Shown: positions 1 through 9,960, counted from the first letter of the stretch. The stretch is DNA of 64,000 nucleotides from a virus (IMGVR_UViG_3300037882_001801:1-64000), one strand, 5' to 3'. A program made the numbers and translations. The notes: generated by a model from the sequence alone, not told the origin.

Positions 1-490
1 AGAACATGCTCTCGACTTTGAGTGACGCGAAGCCGTTGAAACTGATAGTTCCGCCAAGCGCCCGAATTCCAAGCTGCACGAGCTGGTTCGCAGTCACAGA
101 AATGAGAGCATCGATCTCGCCGCGCATGTAGACGTTGGAGACGTTGCCGCCGTCCGCGACCGAATAGAACCCCTCATTCGCAACCGCAGCGTTAGCGACC
201 ATGGCCAGAATTGAACTGTTCATCCCGAGCGTCACGTTTTGCGTGTTAGAAAACGACATTTTACCACGCACGCGATAGAGACCTGCATTGACGATCAGCA
301 GACCACCACTCGATAGCGTCATGCCGACAGGTGCAGCGCCATGCTGCAATGACAAGATGTTCATGGCGATGTTGGTTAAGTTGCTGAACCCCGCCTGACT
401 TCCGCCGTCCAAAGCCGTTCGGCACGCGCCGCGATAGGTCGGAGCAGAGCCGCCGCCAGAGGGGAGTGTGATTGCGTTACCTTGCGACAT
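1..490 (-). CDS. Fibre-cluster structural protein, N-terminal ~163 codons only (gene runs off the left edge)
   Basis: Absent from the ORF track because it is truncated. ATG at 490-488 (minus) has GGAGAG 8 nt upstream. My hand translation (MSQGNAITLPSGGGSAPTYRGA...) stays open to position 1. It lies 53 nt downstream of the 862-aa fibre-like gene on the same strand and is Gly/Asn/Ser/Val-rich. Confidence 0.55.
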   Translation of the reverse strand, partial: MSQGNAITLPSGGGSAPTYRGACRTALDGGSQAGFSNLTNIAMNILSLQHGAAPVGMTLSSGGLLIVNAGLYRVRGKMSFSNTQNVTLGMNSSILAMVANAAVANEGFYSVADGGNVSNVYMRGEIDALISVTANQLVQLGIRALGGTISFNGFASLKVESMF

Positions 491-543
491 GATGGTGCTC
501 TCCTAGAAGATGAGGATGGACGGAGACTCGTGCTCCGCCCTAG

Positions 544-3132
544 TCAGGGGAGCCACCGCACCTTGATTAAGCCCTGCTTGAACCGTGTCGGACCTTGCCC
601 GGTGTTGCCCTTGGCCGCGATGACTTCGAACTCGTACTGAGTGCCCTCGGTTATGTCGATGTCGTTATCCGCGAACACCAATTGCCCTTGGCGCGACTGC
701 GAGTTAGGCAAGGGGTCTTCTCTAAAGTTGACACCTGGTGACACGTGTTGGCCCGAGGCGAGACCCATGATCGCCCGTGCGCCGGGGTTGAAGATGAACA
801 CGTTATCGGAGGACCGCTTCACCTTGATGTACATCTGGATGGACTGGTCATCCTGACCATCGCACTTGAAGTTGGCCCACTGCGTTATGTCCATTTTCTT
901 TGCGCCGATGGGCGCCGTGACCACGGCGCTGTGGACGACGACATCCGTGCCGGGGATATCCCCGCTCTCGCTGCCCCTGAAATTGGTCGCTGACATTTCT
1001 TGACTTGTGGCGACCATCTTGCGGTTGGCTTGATTGCCGAGGCCCGCAGTCGGGAAGTAAAACGCAGCGAACTTGCCGCCACCCACGTCGTCAACTTGGA
1101 CAGTCGACCCTTTGCTAACGGCCATCGCATTGATGGCTGCCATATTCGCCACCGACAATATGGCTGGCGTTGACGTTGCGACTGCCGTGATCTGCTGGCA
1201 GTCGATGACAACCGTATTCGCATCGCGGACGTGCAGTAGCGACTGCGCGTAACCCGCCGTCGGAGTCGTTGCCGTGATCGCGCCCGCCGTCGCCTGCGAC
1301 AGCCAATAGTATTCGCCTACCGTCAGGCCATGGCCGATGATCGTCGCCTTGCCCTGGTAGGTGACGATAAAAGTGCTTGCGTCAATGACGCTCGTCACGA
1401 TGCCGATAGCAGGCTTAGTGCCCGTGTCGGCCTGCGCCTTCGCCCAGGCGGCGCCCGTGTGATAGACGGTATCTTGCACCCCAAATCCGTGCGCGGTCTG
1501 CGTGATCGTCTCGGCCAAGTGGCTCGGGGGCGTGCCGTCGCTAACCACCGCCGCGAGTGGCGCTAGTCCGACCCACTTGCCGATACCAGAAACCGTCCAA
1601 TTAAACGTACTGTTTCCAGTAATATTATCATCGCGATTAAAATCAATCGTGTCGGGGCCAGGGCCAGGACTGACGATGATGTGCGCGCTGACATTTAATT
1701 CGTTTCGGCTCAATTCCCCATGGTGATATGCTGTTAGGTAACCAGTCGGCAGCGTGACAACAAGATTATCATTGGCTGTGCCGTAGTACGTGGTGATGCC
1801 CTGGATCGTTACCTCGGCCTGATTGTTACCAATGTACCTGCGCTTGATGTAGATATTGCCGAAGCTGACGGAGCCACCCGAAGTGCCCTGTGTCCCGTTG
1901 TGCGTGTAACTTACGCCTTCGACAGCCGTGGCTGCGTGGACGAGAGTTTCGACCTGCGTTTGAAAAACTCCATTGCCTGTCGGGAGGGCGGAGGTGATAA
2001 CAGCGTAGTTGAGATCCAATTCCAAAATGTCGAGATGGCCCGAACCTGGAATGCTATACGCGACAGGATGGATGGCGAAGTGGCCAGCAGCAGACATCGC
2101 GGGGAACTTGATGACGTGCTCTACGGTGTGTGCCGTGACGTGCGTGCTGATGACCTCGGGGATCACGAAGTTCGTGCCCGAGATGTTCTGCACATTCGGA
2201 GTGATCGCTCCGGTCGCCGTGTCTAGGACAACCCAAGAATAACCGAGCGCGGACGGTGGCGGACCATCCGACAGGACCAGTGTTGTAGCAAGAACCGTTC
2301 CTGACCGGCGAATGTATTTGATACGGAGGAACTGCTCCGTCGTCTTAGGAATATTGTGCGTTGTCACCCATGCAGCATTGCCAACCGGGTCAGATAGGCG
2401 AGCAGCTTTCAGCCCGTTTGTTGTTACCTCGGTAACAGCAACCGCGTTGCCTTGTCGTGTCCACGTAGCCAGCCATGAAACGATATCCTGAACTGGTGGA
2501 GCAGTTGTGGGTACGGTACGCACCCAAGATGTCGCTGCGGAATTCACATCCCAACGGCCAATAGACTGTTCGACTTTGCCAATGCCAGTGACTTCGACTT
2601 CGCCTGTGCCCGTGTTGATCACTTCAAGCCACCCACCAGCCACAACAGGTGGAGGGGTAACTGTCCAAGTTAGTGGTGAATCCACATGACCGTAGTAGCG
2701 ATTATTCGCTTCCAGAACAGCGCCGTTAGTTAGCTCTGTCTTTTTCGTTTCTTGTGCATCTGTTGGTGTCCACTCAGCTAATTCTAAGCTGTCGAGAGAA
2801 CCACGTGATGTACCCGCGTTTAGACGCTGATGGTTGCGATCGTTTATTGAAACAGTTTGGCTTATGTAATAATATTTGTTTGGTGTCCAAGGAAGAATAT
2901 CTGTCTGCGAAATCATATCCCACAGTTCAGCTTCGACCACAGTAAATGTGGATGCTGTTGTGCGATCACCGCCAAAGTTGCGCAGCGTAAGAGACCCGCG
3001 CGTCACCGTCGCGTGTTGCTTTATGCTTGTGTCACCTGTCCAAGGCGGCGTCCCAGCATTTGTGACAACTGTGGGTGTGCCAGAGCTGTCACCTGAACCA
3101 AAGCGGAATCCAAAGGCGAACGTCATCGTCAA
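544..3132 (-). CDS. Large tail-fibre / receptor-binding-type structural protein (862 aa)
   Basis: Dominant ORF of the region, Thr/Gly/Val/Ser/Asn-rich, with no nucleotide-binding or catalytic motifs. It is co-directional with structural-looking ORFs on both sides. Function is inferred only from size, composition and context. Confidence 0.55.
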   Translation of the reverse strand: MTMTFAFGFRFGSGDSSGTPTVVTNAGTPPWTGDTSIKQHATVTRGSLTLRNFGGDRTTASTFTVVEAELWDMISQTDILPWTPNKYYYISQTVSINDRNHQRLNAGTSRGSLDSLELAEWTPTDAQETKKTELTNGAVLEANNRYYGHVDSPLTWTVTPPPVVAGGWLEVINTGTGEVEVTGIGKVEQSIGRWDVNSAATSWVRTVPTTAPPVQDIVSWLATWTRQGNAVAVTEVTTNGLKAARLSDPVGNAAWVTTHNIPKTTEQFLRIKYIRRSGTVLATTLVLSDGPPPSALGYSWVVLDTATGAITPNVQNISGTNFVIPEVISTHVTAHTVEHVIKFPAMSAAGHFAIHPVAYSIPGSGHLDILELDLNYAVITSALPTGNGVFQTQVETLVHAATAVEGVSYTHNGTQGTSGGSVSFGNIYIKRRYIGNNQAEVTIQGITTYYGTANDNLVVTLPTGYLTAYHHGELSRNELNVSAHIIVSPGPGPDTIDFNRDDNITGNSTFNWTVSGIGKWVGLAPLAAVVSDGTPPSHLAETITQTAHGFGVQDTVYHTGAAWAKAQADTGTKPAIGIVTSVIDASTFIVTYQGKATIIGHGLTVGEYYWLSQATAGAITATTPTAGYAQSLLHVRDANTVVIDCQQITAVATSTPAILSVANMAAINAMAVSKGSTVQVDDVGGGKFAAFYFPTAGLGNQANRKMVATSQEMSATNFRGSESGDIPGTDVVVHSAVVTAPIGAKKMDITQWANFKCDGQDDQSIQMYIKVKRSSDNVFIFNPGARAIMGLASGQHVSPGVNFREDPLPNSQSRQGQLVFADNDIDITEGTQYEFEVIAAKGNTGQGPTRFKQGLIKVRWLP

Positions 3133-3155
3133 GCCTCACCAGCTTTTGCCTGAAC

Positions 3156-3461
3156 TTAACGGAAAACGATTACGCGAACAGAGTTCGCTACAGCGTTGGA
3201 ACCAGGAGGCAATCGAACGTGAAAGTATTCACCCGCGACAAGCGCCCCAACAGGAAAGAACTGTTTTGGTGGGATAGGGATGCCGCGCAGTGCAACAGGC
3301 GTTGCTGCAGCAGCGGTGCCAACAAAGACCAGTTCAATTGCGATTGTTGAACTGTCGTTGTAAATTCCGCCACCCTTGGGGTGCAGACTACCATCCATAA
3401 CGTTTACAAAAGGTGGTGTAGCTGTGGCGATTGGCACAGCAATGTGAACAGTCTCAGGCAT
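3156..3461 (-). CDS. Small virion-associated protein (101 aa), first gene of the fibre cluster
   Basis: Internal ATG at 3461 (MPETVHIAVPI...) is preceded by GGAGGGGGAG. The longer track ORF (to 3533) has no ribosome-binding site (RBS). The stop lies 24 nt before the 862-aa gene. Confidence 0.6.
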   Translation of the reverse strand: MPETVHIAVPIATATPPFVNVMDGSLHPKGGGIYNDSSTIAIELVFVGTAAAATPVALRGIPIPPKQFFPVGALVAGEYFHVRLPPGSNAVANSVRVIVFR

Positions 3462-3494
3462 ATGCCTTCTCCCCCTCCAACGACAGGTGTCGCA

Positions 3495-3547
3495 CTTCAA
3501 ACCTACAAAACGGGCTAGCCCAACCCGCATCAAGCTTGTAGGTGAAG
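3495..3547. promoter_or_regulatory. Nested palindromes in the divergent fibre / early-gene control region
   Basis: CTTCA(aa)CCTACAA at 3495-3508 pairs with TTGTAGGTGAAG at 3536-3547. These arms enclose the perfect 10-bp palindrome GGGCTAGCCC (3512-3521). The site lies between the divergent starts at 3461 (-) and 3620 (+). Confidence 0.3.
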
Positions 3548-3619
3548 CGCAAGTCGCGCCAAGATGTTGTAGAGAGCTGACTTAGTGTCGGCAACCCTTA
3601 GCAAATGGAGAGTAGACCC

Positions 3620-3958
3620 ATGCTACCGACTGGATGGATTCCTAGTGGCCAACAAGACACAGTTTGGAAATACCTCGAAGGTATAGACCTAAACGCTATG
3701 CAGGGCAGCATCGTTACCGCACTGAACTTCCTTGGCATCAAGAGCGGTGCAGAACAGCTCTCCATCTTCGTGGCAGCGTTGATTGCTGCACTGATGGTTG
3801 TCGGCTACGCCCAGGGTCCAGGCGACAAGACACCTACACCACCGACGACAACGACACCTGAAGTGAAACCACCAACAGCAGCGCCCGCAACACCGCCCAC
3901 TGAGATCGTGGCAACATCGCCAACACCGGCACCAATTACTGAACAGAAAACCACATAA
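3620..3958 (+). CDS. Small membrane protein with Pro/Thr-rich C-terminal tail
   Basis: ATG 3620 has GGAGAG 8 nt upstream; the track start at 3605 has no RBS. A hydrophobic helix (LSIFVAALIAALMVVGY) is followed by PTPPTTTTPEVKPPTAAPATPP. Confidence 0.6.
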   Translation: MLPTGWIPSGQQDTVWKYLEGIDLNAMQGSIVTALNFLGIKSGAEQLSIFVAALIAALMVVGYAQGPGDKTPTPPTTTTPEVKPPTAAPATPPTEIVATSPTPAPITEQKTT

Positions 3959-3985
3959 ACGTGTGATTTGAACCGTTAGAGTTCT

Positions 3986-4020
3986 GGCCCCCAGGCAACC
4001 GCTTGTGGGGCCTTTTCTTT
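3986..4020 (+). terminator. Rho-independent terminator
   Basis: A GGCCCC...GGGGCC stem (3986-4012) is followed by TTTTCTTT, directly after the 3958 stop. Confidence 0.7.
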
Positions 4021-4118
4021 GCCCATACTATATGTTGTATGACAAAAAACGTTAACTCATAGAGTTGACTTTTTGTATTACAACAGGTAGCCAGCTCACA
4101 TCATGGAGATGTAAATCT

Positions 4119-4685
4119 ATGTCGAACGCAAAACCTTCTCTACCATTCGAAGTGGTTTACAAACAGGCTAGCCCCGGTGAAACACAGTTACAACCTGTCT
4201 GGTCTGTTCCTTTCGACGAGACATATAGACCTGCAGATGCTCCGAACTTTCCCGCAGCAGCAACTCCAGCATACGCGTCACTTGGTTATTACATGACGCG
4301 AAACGCTCACAGTTACATCCCAACGTATCGAGTGCTTGAGCAGTTCAACTTCAAACGCGGAAAAGATGCCGCCGATGAATGGGCCAAGAGGACAGTGGGG
4401 AAACTTGTCGTCACCGATCGCATTGCTTCCACAGCTGTGCTGTTGGAGTCGGCTGTGTCCGACACCGAGGGTGTGATCTCGTGGTTCACTCGCGAGTGCA
4501 TGCACGATGACGCGGTGCTGTGCCTGAACCGAGCAGAGCGAATCTGGTACGTTGAACGCACGCGTGAAGCGCTCACAGTGTATCTAGACGAACATAACAC
4601 TGAGATCCCAGATACTGACGGAGCCAAGTCGAAACACTACCTCACAGATCAGCACCCAAACGCTATCATGCTGAAAGGGGAATGA
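4119..4685 (+). CDS. Hypothetical early protein (188 aa)
   Basis: ATG 4119 (MSNAKPSLPF...) has GGAGATG upstream. No recognisable motifs. Confidence 0.65.
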   Translation: MSNAKPSLPFEVVYKQASPGETQLQPVWSVPFDETYRPADAPNFPAAATPAYASLGYYMTRNAHSYIPTYRVLEQFNFKRGKDAADEWAKRTVGKLVVTDRIASTAVLLESAVSDTEGVISWFTRECMHDDAVLCLNRAERIWYVERTREALTVYLDEHNTEIPDTDGAKSKHYLTDQHPNAIMLKGE

Positions 4686-4689
4686 GTTC

Positions 4690-5172
4690 ATGGGTAAGTC
4701 GAGTCGTGGAACTCCAAAACACCTGTACCCATTCTCAGTGCGCGCAACGAAAGGGTGCCCGCTGGAAGCGCGAGTACGCGAGCATCAGGTTTCTGGGGTA
4801 GGGATGACACAGATCTTGCGTCGTGAACTTGGCTTGATTGACGACTTGATGCGGCACCTTGACAAAACATTAGTAGCGGAAAGCGTAAGCTGGCCACGTT
4901 TCAACCACTACATTGATGTTCTCAGCAAATCCACAATGCATTTCGCTTACAAAGAAAACATGGTGCGCGATATAGCAACACTTATTGTGAAATTGGATGG
5001 TGGGGACGTGGTCACTGTGGAGTCGGATTTGAAACAGTACGGGTATCTTAACGTCGCGCTTATGCTTTATCGCGCACGCAACGCGTATGTCGATTTCTGG
5101 CGCACAAAAAACGAAGAATACAATCCATCAAAACGAGCAAAAAATGAAAGTAACAATAACCGCAACGTTTGA
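4690..5172 (+). CDS. Hypothetical protein, possible ribbon-helix-helix DNA-binding N-terminus
   Basis: AGGGGA RBS. The segment FSVRATKGCPLEARVREHQVSGVGMTQILRREL resembles the strand-helix-helix pattern of CopG/MobC-type proteins. This is recall-based and weak. Confidence 0.55.
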   Translation: MGKSSRGTPKHLYPFSVRATKGCPLEARVREHQVSGVGMTQILRRELGLIDDLMRHLDKTLVAESVSWPRFNHYIDVLSKSTMHFAYKENMVRDIATLIVKLDGGDVVTVESDLKQYGYLNVALMLYRARNAYVDFWRTKNEEYNPSKRAKNESNNNRNV

Positions 5173-5521
5173 TGATGAAGATCAAATCGTCGAAGTCGTG
5201 CGCCGACAGACACGAGTAGGTGAGAAGAACACAGCAGTCCTTCGGCGTATTCTCAATCGCTACGTTGAACTGATTGCCCGAACTTCTGTGCCACCTAGTG
5301 ATGTCGTGGCTCTGCTCAACACTGTGGTGGAGCAGAATTACACACTACTAATGGCCCCGGTTTACCCAGAGCGTGATGTTATGTTGATCGCAGTGGCGAA
5401 CTCTACATTGGAGCCGCTGCACGCTGCAGCTCTTGCTGACTACATTCGCGAATGCGATTTTGCTCAGTTTGCGAAACTTGTAGAGGCTGTAGAAAATATG
5501 CGCCTGAGCCTGAGAGGTTAG
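5144..5521 (+). CDS. Hypothetical protein (125 aa)
   Basis: Open frame 5087-5521. I prefer ATG 5144 (MKVTITATFDDED...), which gives a small overlap with the previous gene. The start is uncertain. Confidence 0.5.
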   Translation: MKVTITATFDDEDQIVEVVRRQTRVGEKNTAVLRRILNRYVELIARTSVPPSDVVALLNTVVEQNYTLLMAPVYPERDVMLIAVANSTLEPLHAAALADYIRECDFAQFAKLVEAVENMRLSLRG

Positions 5522-5523
5522 TC

Positions 5524-5805
5524 ATGTCTAAGAAACCGTTACAAGTTCCGGTCTGCACTGAGCAAGATCTGATTGCAGGTATCCGTCGCGATATCGAACA
5601 GGTTCTATCCGTTGTGGGTATGATGACACATAGCTGGATGATGCAGCATCTTGGTCGACGTTTCGAACCGACTATGTACAATTTCTGTATAAAACAGCTT
5701 GTGGATGAAAAGCGCATTGAAATAGTTTCGCGTACGATCCATTTTAACGGCCAGCTGAAACCAATGGTTTTCATGCAATGGCGCCATGAGGCTACGCGTG
5801 GCTAA
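5524..5805 (+). CDS. Hypothetical protein (93 aa), possibly winged-helix
   Basis: ATG 5524 has GAGAGG upstream and lies 2 nt after the previous stop. Confidence 0.6.
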   Translation: MSKKPLQVPVCTEQDLIAGIRRDIEQVLSVVGMMTHSWMMQHLGRRFEPTMYNFCIKQLVDEKRIEIVSRTIHFNGQLKPMVFMQWRHEATRG

Positions 5806-8215
5806 GCAACCAAAGTCGATAGCTGAACGTCTGGGCATCAACCAGCAGAACGACATCTTCGGTGCCAGCTCGGCACCGCAAGGTGGTTTCGCTGGTGATG
5901 TGACGATGCAAGAAGATTTAGATAAATTCGGCATTACTGCCGATGATCTGGATGCGTCTAAACTTTCGCGTATTGAATTGGATGCGATGGAGCTGGACCC
6001 CAACACGCAAGCGTACAAGATACCCTACAACAACATCGACGGTACACCGAACGGATTCTCACGCACACGCATTCTACCAAAACAAGGTGACGTGGGTGAC
6101 GGTACGTTCTTACGGCCGATGCCAGGGACAACCCGGATCTACTTTCCCACAGATTTCAATTCGTTCTCTGGACGCACATCGGTTTTGACTTCGACAACAG
6201 AATCAGGCGGCACGTCTACGGCGCCTATCACACCGCTAATCGTGGTGGATGACGAGCGTATGGCAGCACACATTCGAAAAGTGTGGGGCTATCAGGCTGT
6301 CGCAATTCAAGGGCCGAACGGTTGGAAATACGGGGGGCAGCTGCACCACTTGGCGGAGGGTTTCTCGGATCTGTGTGAGTATATCATAGGTACAGAGAGC
6401 GTTGTGATTCTCTGGATCGGAGACGGCACACAACGGACTGTGCAAACGCAAGTGGCCTCTTTTGCGATGGAGTTCAAATTTAAAGGCGTGGCGTTCACAC
6501 ACATTCGCCAAATGACAGCGCGAAAGTTTTCTCACTTTGCGGTTGATTCGTGCCTGGAACCATTATCGCTATTTCCGCGTCACCCGAACATTCGAGGCTT
6601 CATCTCGGGCAAGATGTTGTCCGGTCAGAAGCTTCAACGTCGAGATCACCAAGAGATCGCCTTGTCCATCATGGCGGATCTGGAAAGCACTGGTCATCGC
6701 ATTCGCTCTACGTCCACAGGCAACCTCTACTACTTCAGTAACCTTAAGAAGGAATTGATCAGCGCTTCGATCGCACAAGGATCGCGAGAGTTGATGGAGA
6801 ACACAGAGTTCATGGCAGAGATCTATCGACGCTATGGTCTGTCTGGGTCAGACAAGGGCGTTCTACAGTGGCTGTCTACGTTCTTTGTGAGTGAGCAGCC
6901 AATCCTGAACTCAACAAGCTACCGGATGATGCTGTCAGCCACGCGTAAAGAGTTGACGTTCGCATACCAGATAAGTGACTCACATTTTGCCTGTCTTCGC
7001 GAAGGCCAAACGGAATGCGATATCCTGGAAAACGGCGACAACGGTATCCTGTTCGAAAAGGGTAGTGTCCAGCCTATGGACCCACAGAAGGTCGCGGCTG
7101 AGATTATCAAAGCACGAAAAGAAAAAGTTTTGCCGATGTGGTGGAAAGAGATCATCGACGAAATGCGGATGAACCGCGACAAGGAATTCAAGACACTTCT
7201 GGCTCTACTCTATTATGTGTCGCCCTGGCTGAAGGGGTGGCGCGGAATGCAGTTGCCTATCGAAGTGGTGACAGGTGAAGCAGGGACCGGCAAGTCATCT
7301 GTATTCGAGCTGCGGCTCAACATCATGAATGGCAATGCCAAGCTGAAAGGTCTGCCTGACTCAGTGAAAGAGTGGCACACTGAGGTTGTCAACACGACTG
7401 GCATGATCGTGTTTGACAACGTGCACTTGGCCAACAAGATGCACCGGCAAGCTCTGTCGGACGAAATGTGCCGCATCGTGACTGAGCCAACGCCAACCAT
7501 TTCTATGCGCAAGCTCTATAAGACAGCTGAACTAGCTGAAATGCCTGTGCGTTGCACGTTCGCTTTGACCTCCATTCAGAACGTATTCACCAACATCGAC
7601 TTTATCGACCGCGCTATCATCGTAGGCTTGGAACGCCCCTATGTTGAGGGTGGTGCGGTCAAGTTCGTGCCGTGGGTTGAGAAGAAGCTCGCAGAGCGGG
7701 GTGGCCGAGAAGCCTGGGTCGCACATCATATCGTGGCGTTGGAACGGTTCTTCGACATGGTCGAGTTGAAGTGGTCCGACACCTATCAGTCGAAGGTTCG
7801 CTTAATCAATTTTGAGCAGTCTATGATGCTCATGGCGAAAGTCTTCGGAATCGATGCGCGATGGCTTCCTGAGAAGCTTTACCAAATTACACGTGTGTCG
7901 GCGGTAGAGCTAGATTGGACCCTGGAGGGCATTTCGAAGTTTGCAGCGTACAGAAAATCTTTGAAAGGTGCGAGAAACAAGAAAGGCGAACTGCAACCAT
8001 TCACGGCGGGCGAGCTGGAAAACTGGGCGGATGCCCACGAAGTTTTCTGTCGCAACAAGACACTCACCAACGCTAGAACTTTCAACAAGTACGTGCTGAG
8101 CCACAAGACCATCATCCAGCAGACAACAGGGGTGACCGTTACCGAAATAGAAGGTAAAGGCACATTCTATGTAATAGACGAGAAGGTGAAACTCAATGCA
8201 GACAAGTCTAGCTGA
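5786..8215 (+). CDS. DNA primase / P-loop helicase (P4/D5-type replicative protein)
   Basis: Walker A is VVTGEAGTGKSS and Walker B-like is GMIVFDNV. The N-terminal half has a TOPRIM-like layout (PLIVVDDERMAAH...AVAIQGPNGW...VILWIGDG). At 809 aa it heads the replication module. Confidence 0.7.
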   Translation: MRLRVAKQPKSIAERLGINQQNDIFGASSAPQGGFAGDVTMQEDLDKFGITADDLDASKLSRIELDAMELDPNTQAYKIPYNNIDGTPNGFSRTRILPKQGDVGDGTFLRPMPGTTRIYFPTDFNSFSGRTSVLTSTTESGGTSTAPITPLIVVDDERMAAHIRKVWGYQAVAIQGPNGWKYGGQLHHLAEGFSDLCEYIIGTESVVILWIGDGTQRTVQTQVASFAMEFKFKGVAFTHIRQMTARKFSHFAVDSCLEPLSLFPRHPNIRGFISGKMLSGQKLQRRDHQEIALSIMADLESTGHRIRSTSTGNLYYFSNLKKELISASIAQGSRELMENTEFMAEIYRRYGLSGSDKGVLQWLSTFFVSEQPILNSTSYRMMLSATRKELTFAYQISDSHFACLREGQTECDILENGDNGILFEKGSVQPMDPQKVAAEIIKARKEKVLPMWWKEIIDEMRMNRDKEFKTLLALLYYVSPWLKGWRGMQLPIEVVTGEAGTGKSSVFELRLNIMNGNAKLKGLPDSVKEWHTEVVNTTGMIVFDNVHLANKMHRQALSDEMCRIVTEPTPTISMRKLYKTAELAEMPVRCTFALTSIQNVFTNIDFIDRAIIVGLERPYVEGGAVKFVPWVEKKLAERGGREAWVAHHIVALERFFDMVELKWSDTYQSKVRLINFEQSMMLMAKVFGIDARWLPEKLYQITRVSAVELDWTLEGISKFAAYRKSLKGARNKKGELQPFTAGELENWADAHEVFCRNKTLTNARTFNKYVLSHKTIIQQTTGVTVTEIEGKGTFYVIDEKVKLNADKSS

Positions 8216-8690
8216 TCTTCTGGTAGATAAAGGCGTTCGTATATTGTCTTTGGACCCAGGAGAAACAACTGGGTTTGCAATAATGAATAGCCACGAAATA
8301 ACTGAATGTGGTCAGCTAGATACAAAAACAGTTGACAAAGGGTGCACTGTCATAGAAAAGCTTTTCCAACACTATCAAGACGAGATAGACATAGTAGTGG
8401 TGGAGGATTACAGGGTCTATGCATGGGAGTCCGAGAAGCATAAGTGGGCAGCGTTGCATACGCCTAAGTTTATTGGAGTAATCCATGCGCTATCCAGAAT
8501 CGTCCTACAAACTACGCCACAGTACCAGATGGCAGTCGAAGCGAAGACTTTTGTGACTGATGCGAAACTGAAGGCGTGGGATCTGTATGTACCAGCCAAG
8601 CGTCATGCTATGGATGCTGTAAGGCACGCCGTACACTGCCAGCTATTCGGAAAGCATACGAAACCTAAATCCGGCGTTGCAAAGAAATAA
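8196..8690 (+). CDS. RuvC-like Holliday-junction resolvase
   Basis: Shows the catalytic-acid pattern ILSLDPGETTGFAIM ... VVVEDYR ... HAMDAVRHA typical of RuvC-fold phage resolvases. Confidence 0.7.
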   Translation: MQTSLADLLVDKGVRILSLDPGETTGFAIMNSHEITECGQLDTKTVDKGCTVIEKLFQHYQDEIDIVVVEDYRVYAWESEKHKWAALHTPKFIGVIHALSRIVLQTTPQYQMAVEAKTFVTDAKLKAWDLYVPAKRHAMDAVRHAVHCQLFGKHTKPKSGVAKK

Positions 8691-8769
8691 GCTGGACAAG
8701 TTTTGTTTACGTTTGTAATGAATATTCGTAGGGGCGTGTAAAAACGCAAAAAACGGAAAGATCTTTTCG

Positions 8770-9960
8770 ATGGCTAAGAAGAACGCAGATGCGGGTAGTG
8801 AAGGTGCGGATGTCGGGCATGCTGCTACTAAGGCACCAATCCTGATCACAAGCGGCTACAAGCAGCGAGGTCCACGCGACGGTTACAAGGTCGCAAACTT
8901 CGTCGAAGTGCTGGAAAAAGCAGGGTCGGTTGAAGACATTCAATCGTTGGTCCAAAAGTGGTCTAGCACACTCGCGAAAATCGGTGAGTCACATTACGTT
9001 CCGTCGATCCCCAACGAAGATGAACCTGTCGGCGTCTTTTCGCAGAAATTTGCCGAGAGCATCAAGCAGATCACACCGCTCAAGAATGTATACTGTGTCA
9101 CGTTCTCATTGGGTCTAGTTCGGCTCAATGGTCGCTACCCTCTGGTCAACTTCGGCGCGCCAGATTCGAGCCAGGGGATCTATACGATTGGCGCAGATGG
9201 CAATGAAGAAGCAGCGCCGTCCCCCAAAGAGTGGTGGGATGCGCTGACCAGTAACGAAACCTATCCAGTCGAATCGTTCGCCTCTGTGATCGGTGCAGCT
9301 TGCAAAGCTGGAAAGCGCGTGATTGTGGCGCTGAATGGCCTGTCTTTGCTCAATCAGACCAACGATCTGAACAAGGCGTTGGCAGCTTTGGGCCAGGATG
9401 TGATGTACAAACACGTCCGGTTCGTCGGTCCAGGTCTAGAAGACAAAGTGCCCGCGAAACTTCTACCTTGCTGCATGCCCTTCGACGCAGAGCGTTTGAA
9501 TGCAGTCGTGCCTGGGCCGAAAGCTCAGGGTGTGAAGCGGATGGCTTATCTGCTCACACACATCCTCGGGGATGCACCGACTGACCCTGTCCACGATTCG
9601 AACGCATGCGAGAATGCATTGAACACCGAATGGGAAGAACCTTTCATCTACGAAACATCGGGTGGTTCAAGATCGGCACGTAAAAAAGTTGACGACGCTG
9701 AGCTGAAAGCAATCATCGAACGGCTTACAAAAGTCGCCGGTCATAATCCGCAACGCATCATGCGGATGGCCAAGTCTGAAGGCGTCTCTGTGTCGGAATC
9801 ACGCATCGCAGAGCTGATGGGTACTGAACCGACAACGAAGGCTTCAAAGGCAAAGACAGCCAAGGAAGATGCGGTCAAAGAAAAGGCGTTGAAGGTTAAG
9901 GCACAAGCTAAAGTTCAGTCTAAGCCAAAGGGTAAGACGGCGAAGAAGTCGAAGAAGTAA
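8770..9960 (+). CDS. Hypothetical replication-module protein with HTH-like segment and Lys-rich tail
   Basis: 396 aa. The C-terminus (NPQRIMRMAKSEGVSVSESRIAELMG) is followed by KASKAKTAKEDAVKEKALKVKAQAKVQSKPKGKTAKKSKK. No family recognised. Confidence 0.6.
   Translation: MAKKNADAGSEGADVGHAATKAPILITSGYKQRGPRDGYKVANFVEVLEKAGSVEDIQSLVQKWSSTLAKIGESHYVPSIPNEDEPVGVFSQKFAESIKQITPLKNVYCVTFSLGLVRLNGRYPLVNFGAPDSSQGIYTIGADGNEEAAPSPKEWWDALTSNETYPVESFASVIGAACKAGKRVIVALNGLSLLNQTNDLNKALAALGQDVMYKHVRFVGPGLEDKVPAKLLPCCMPFDAERLNAVVPGPKAQGVKRMAYLLTHILGDAPTDPVHDSNACENALNTEWEEPFIYETSGGSRSARKKVDDAELKAIIERLTKVAGHNPQRIMRMAKSEGVSVSESRIAELMGTEPTTKASKAKTAKEDAVKEKALKVKAQAKVQSKPKGKTAKKSKK

Noticed and set aside
641-2945. 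Numerous 60-130-aa ORFs antisense to or overlapping the large structural and replication genes (throughout the track)
   Set aside because: They are nested in or antisense to much longer ORFs with coherent protein-like sequence and motifs. They lack RBS and have Arg/Cys/Ser-rich shadow-frame composition.
544-3132. Diversity-generating retroelement targeting the fibre gene
   Set aside because: The window contains no reverse transcriptase ORF. I found no template/variable repeat pair for the fibre C-terminus.
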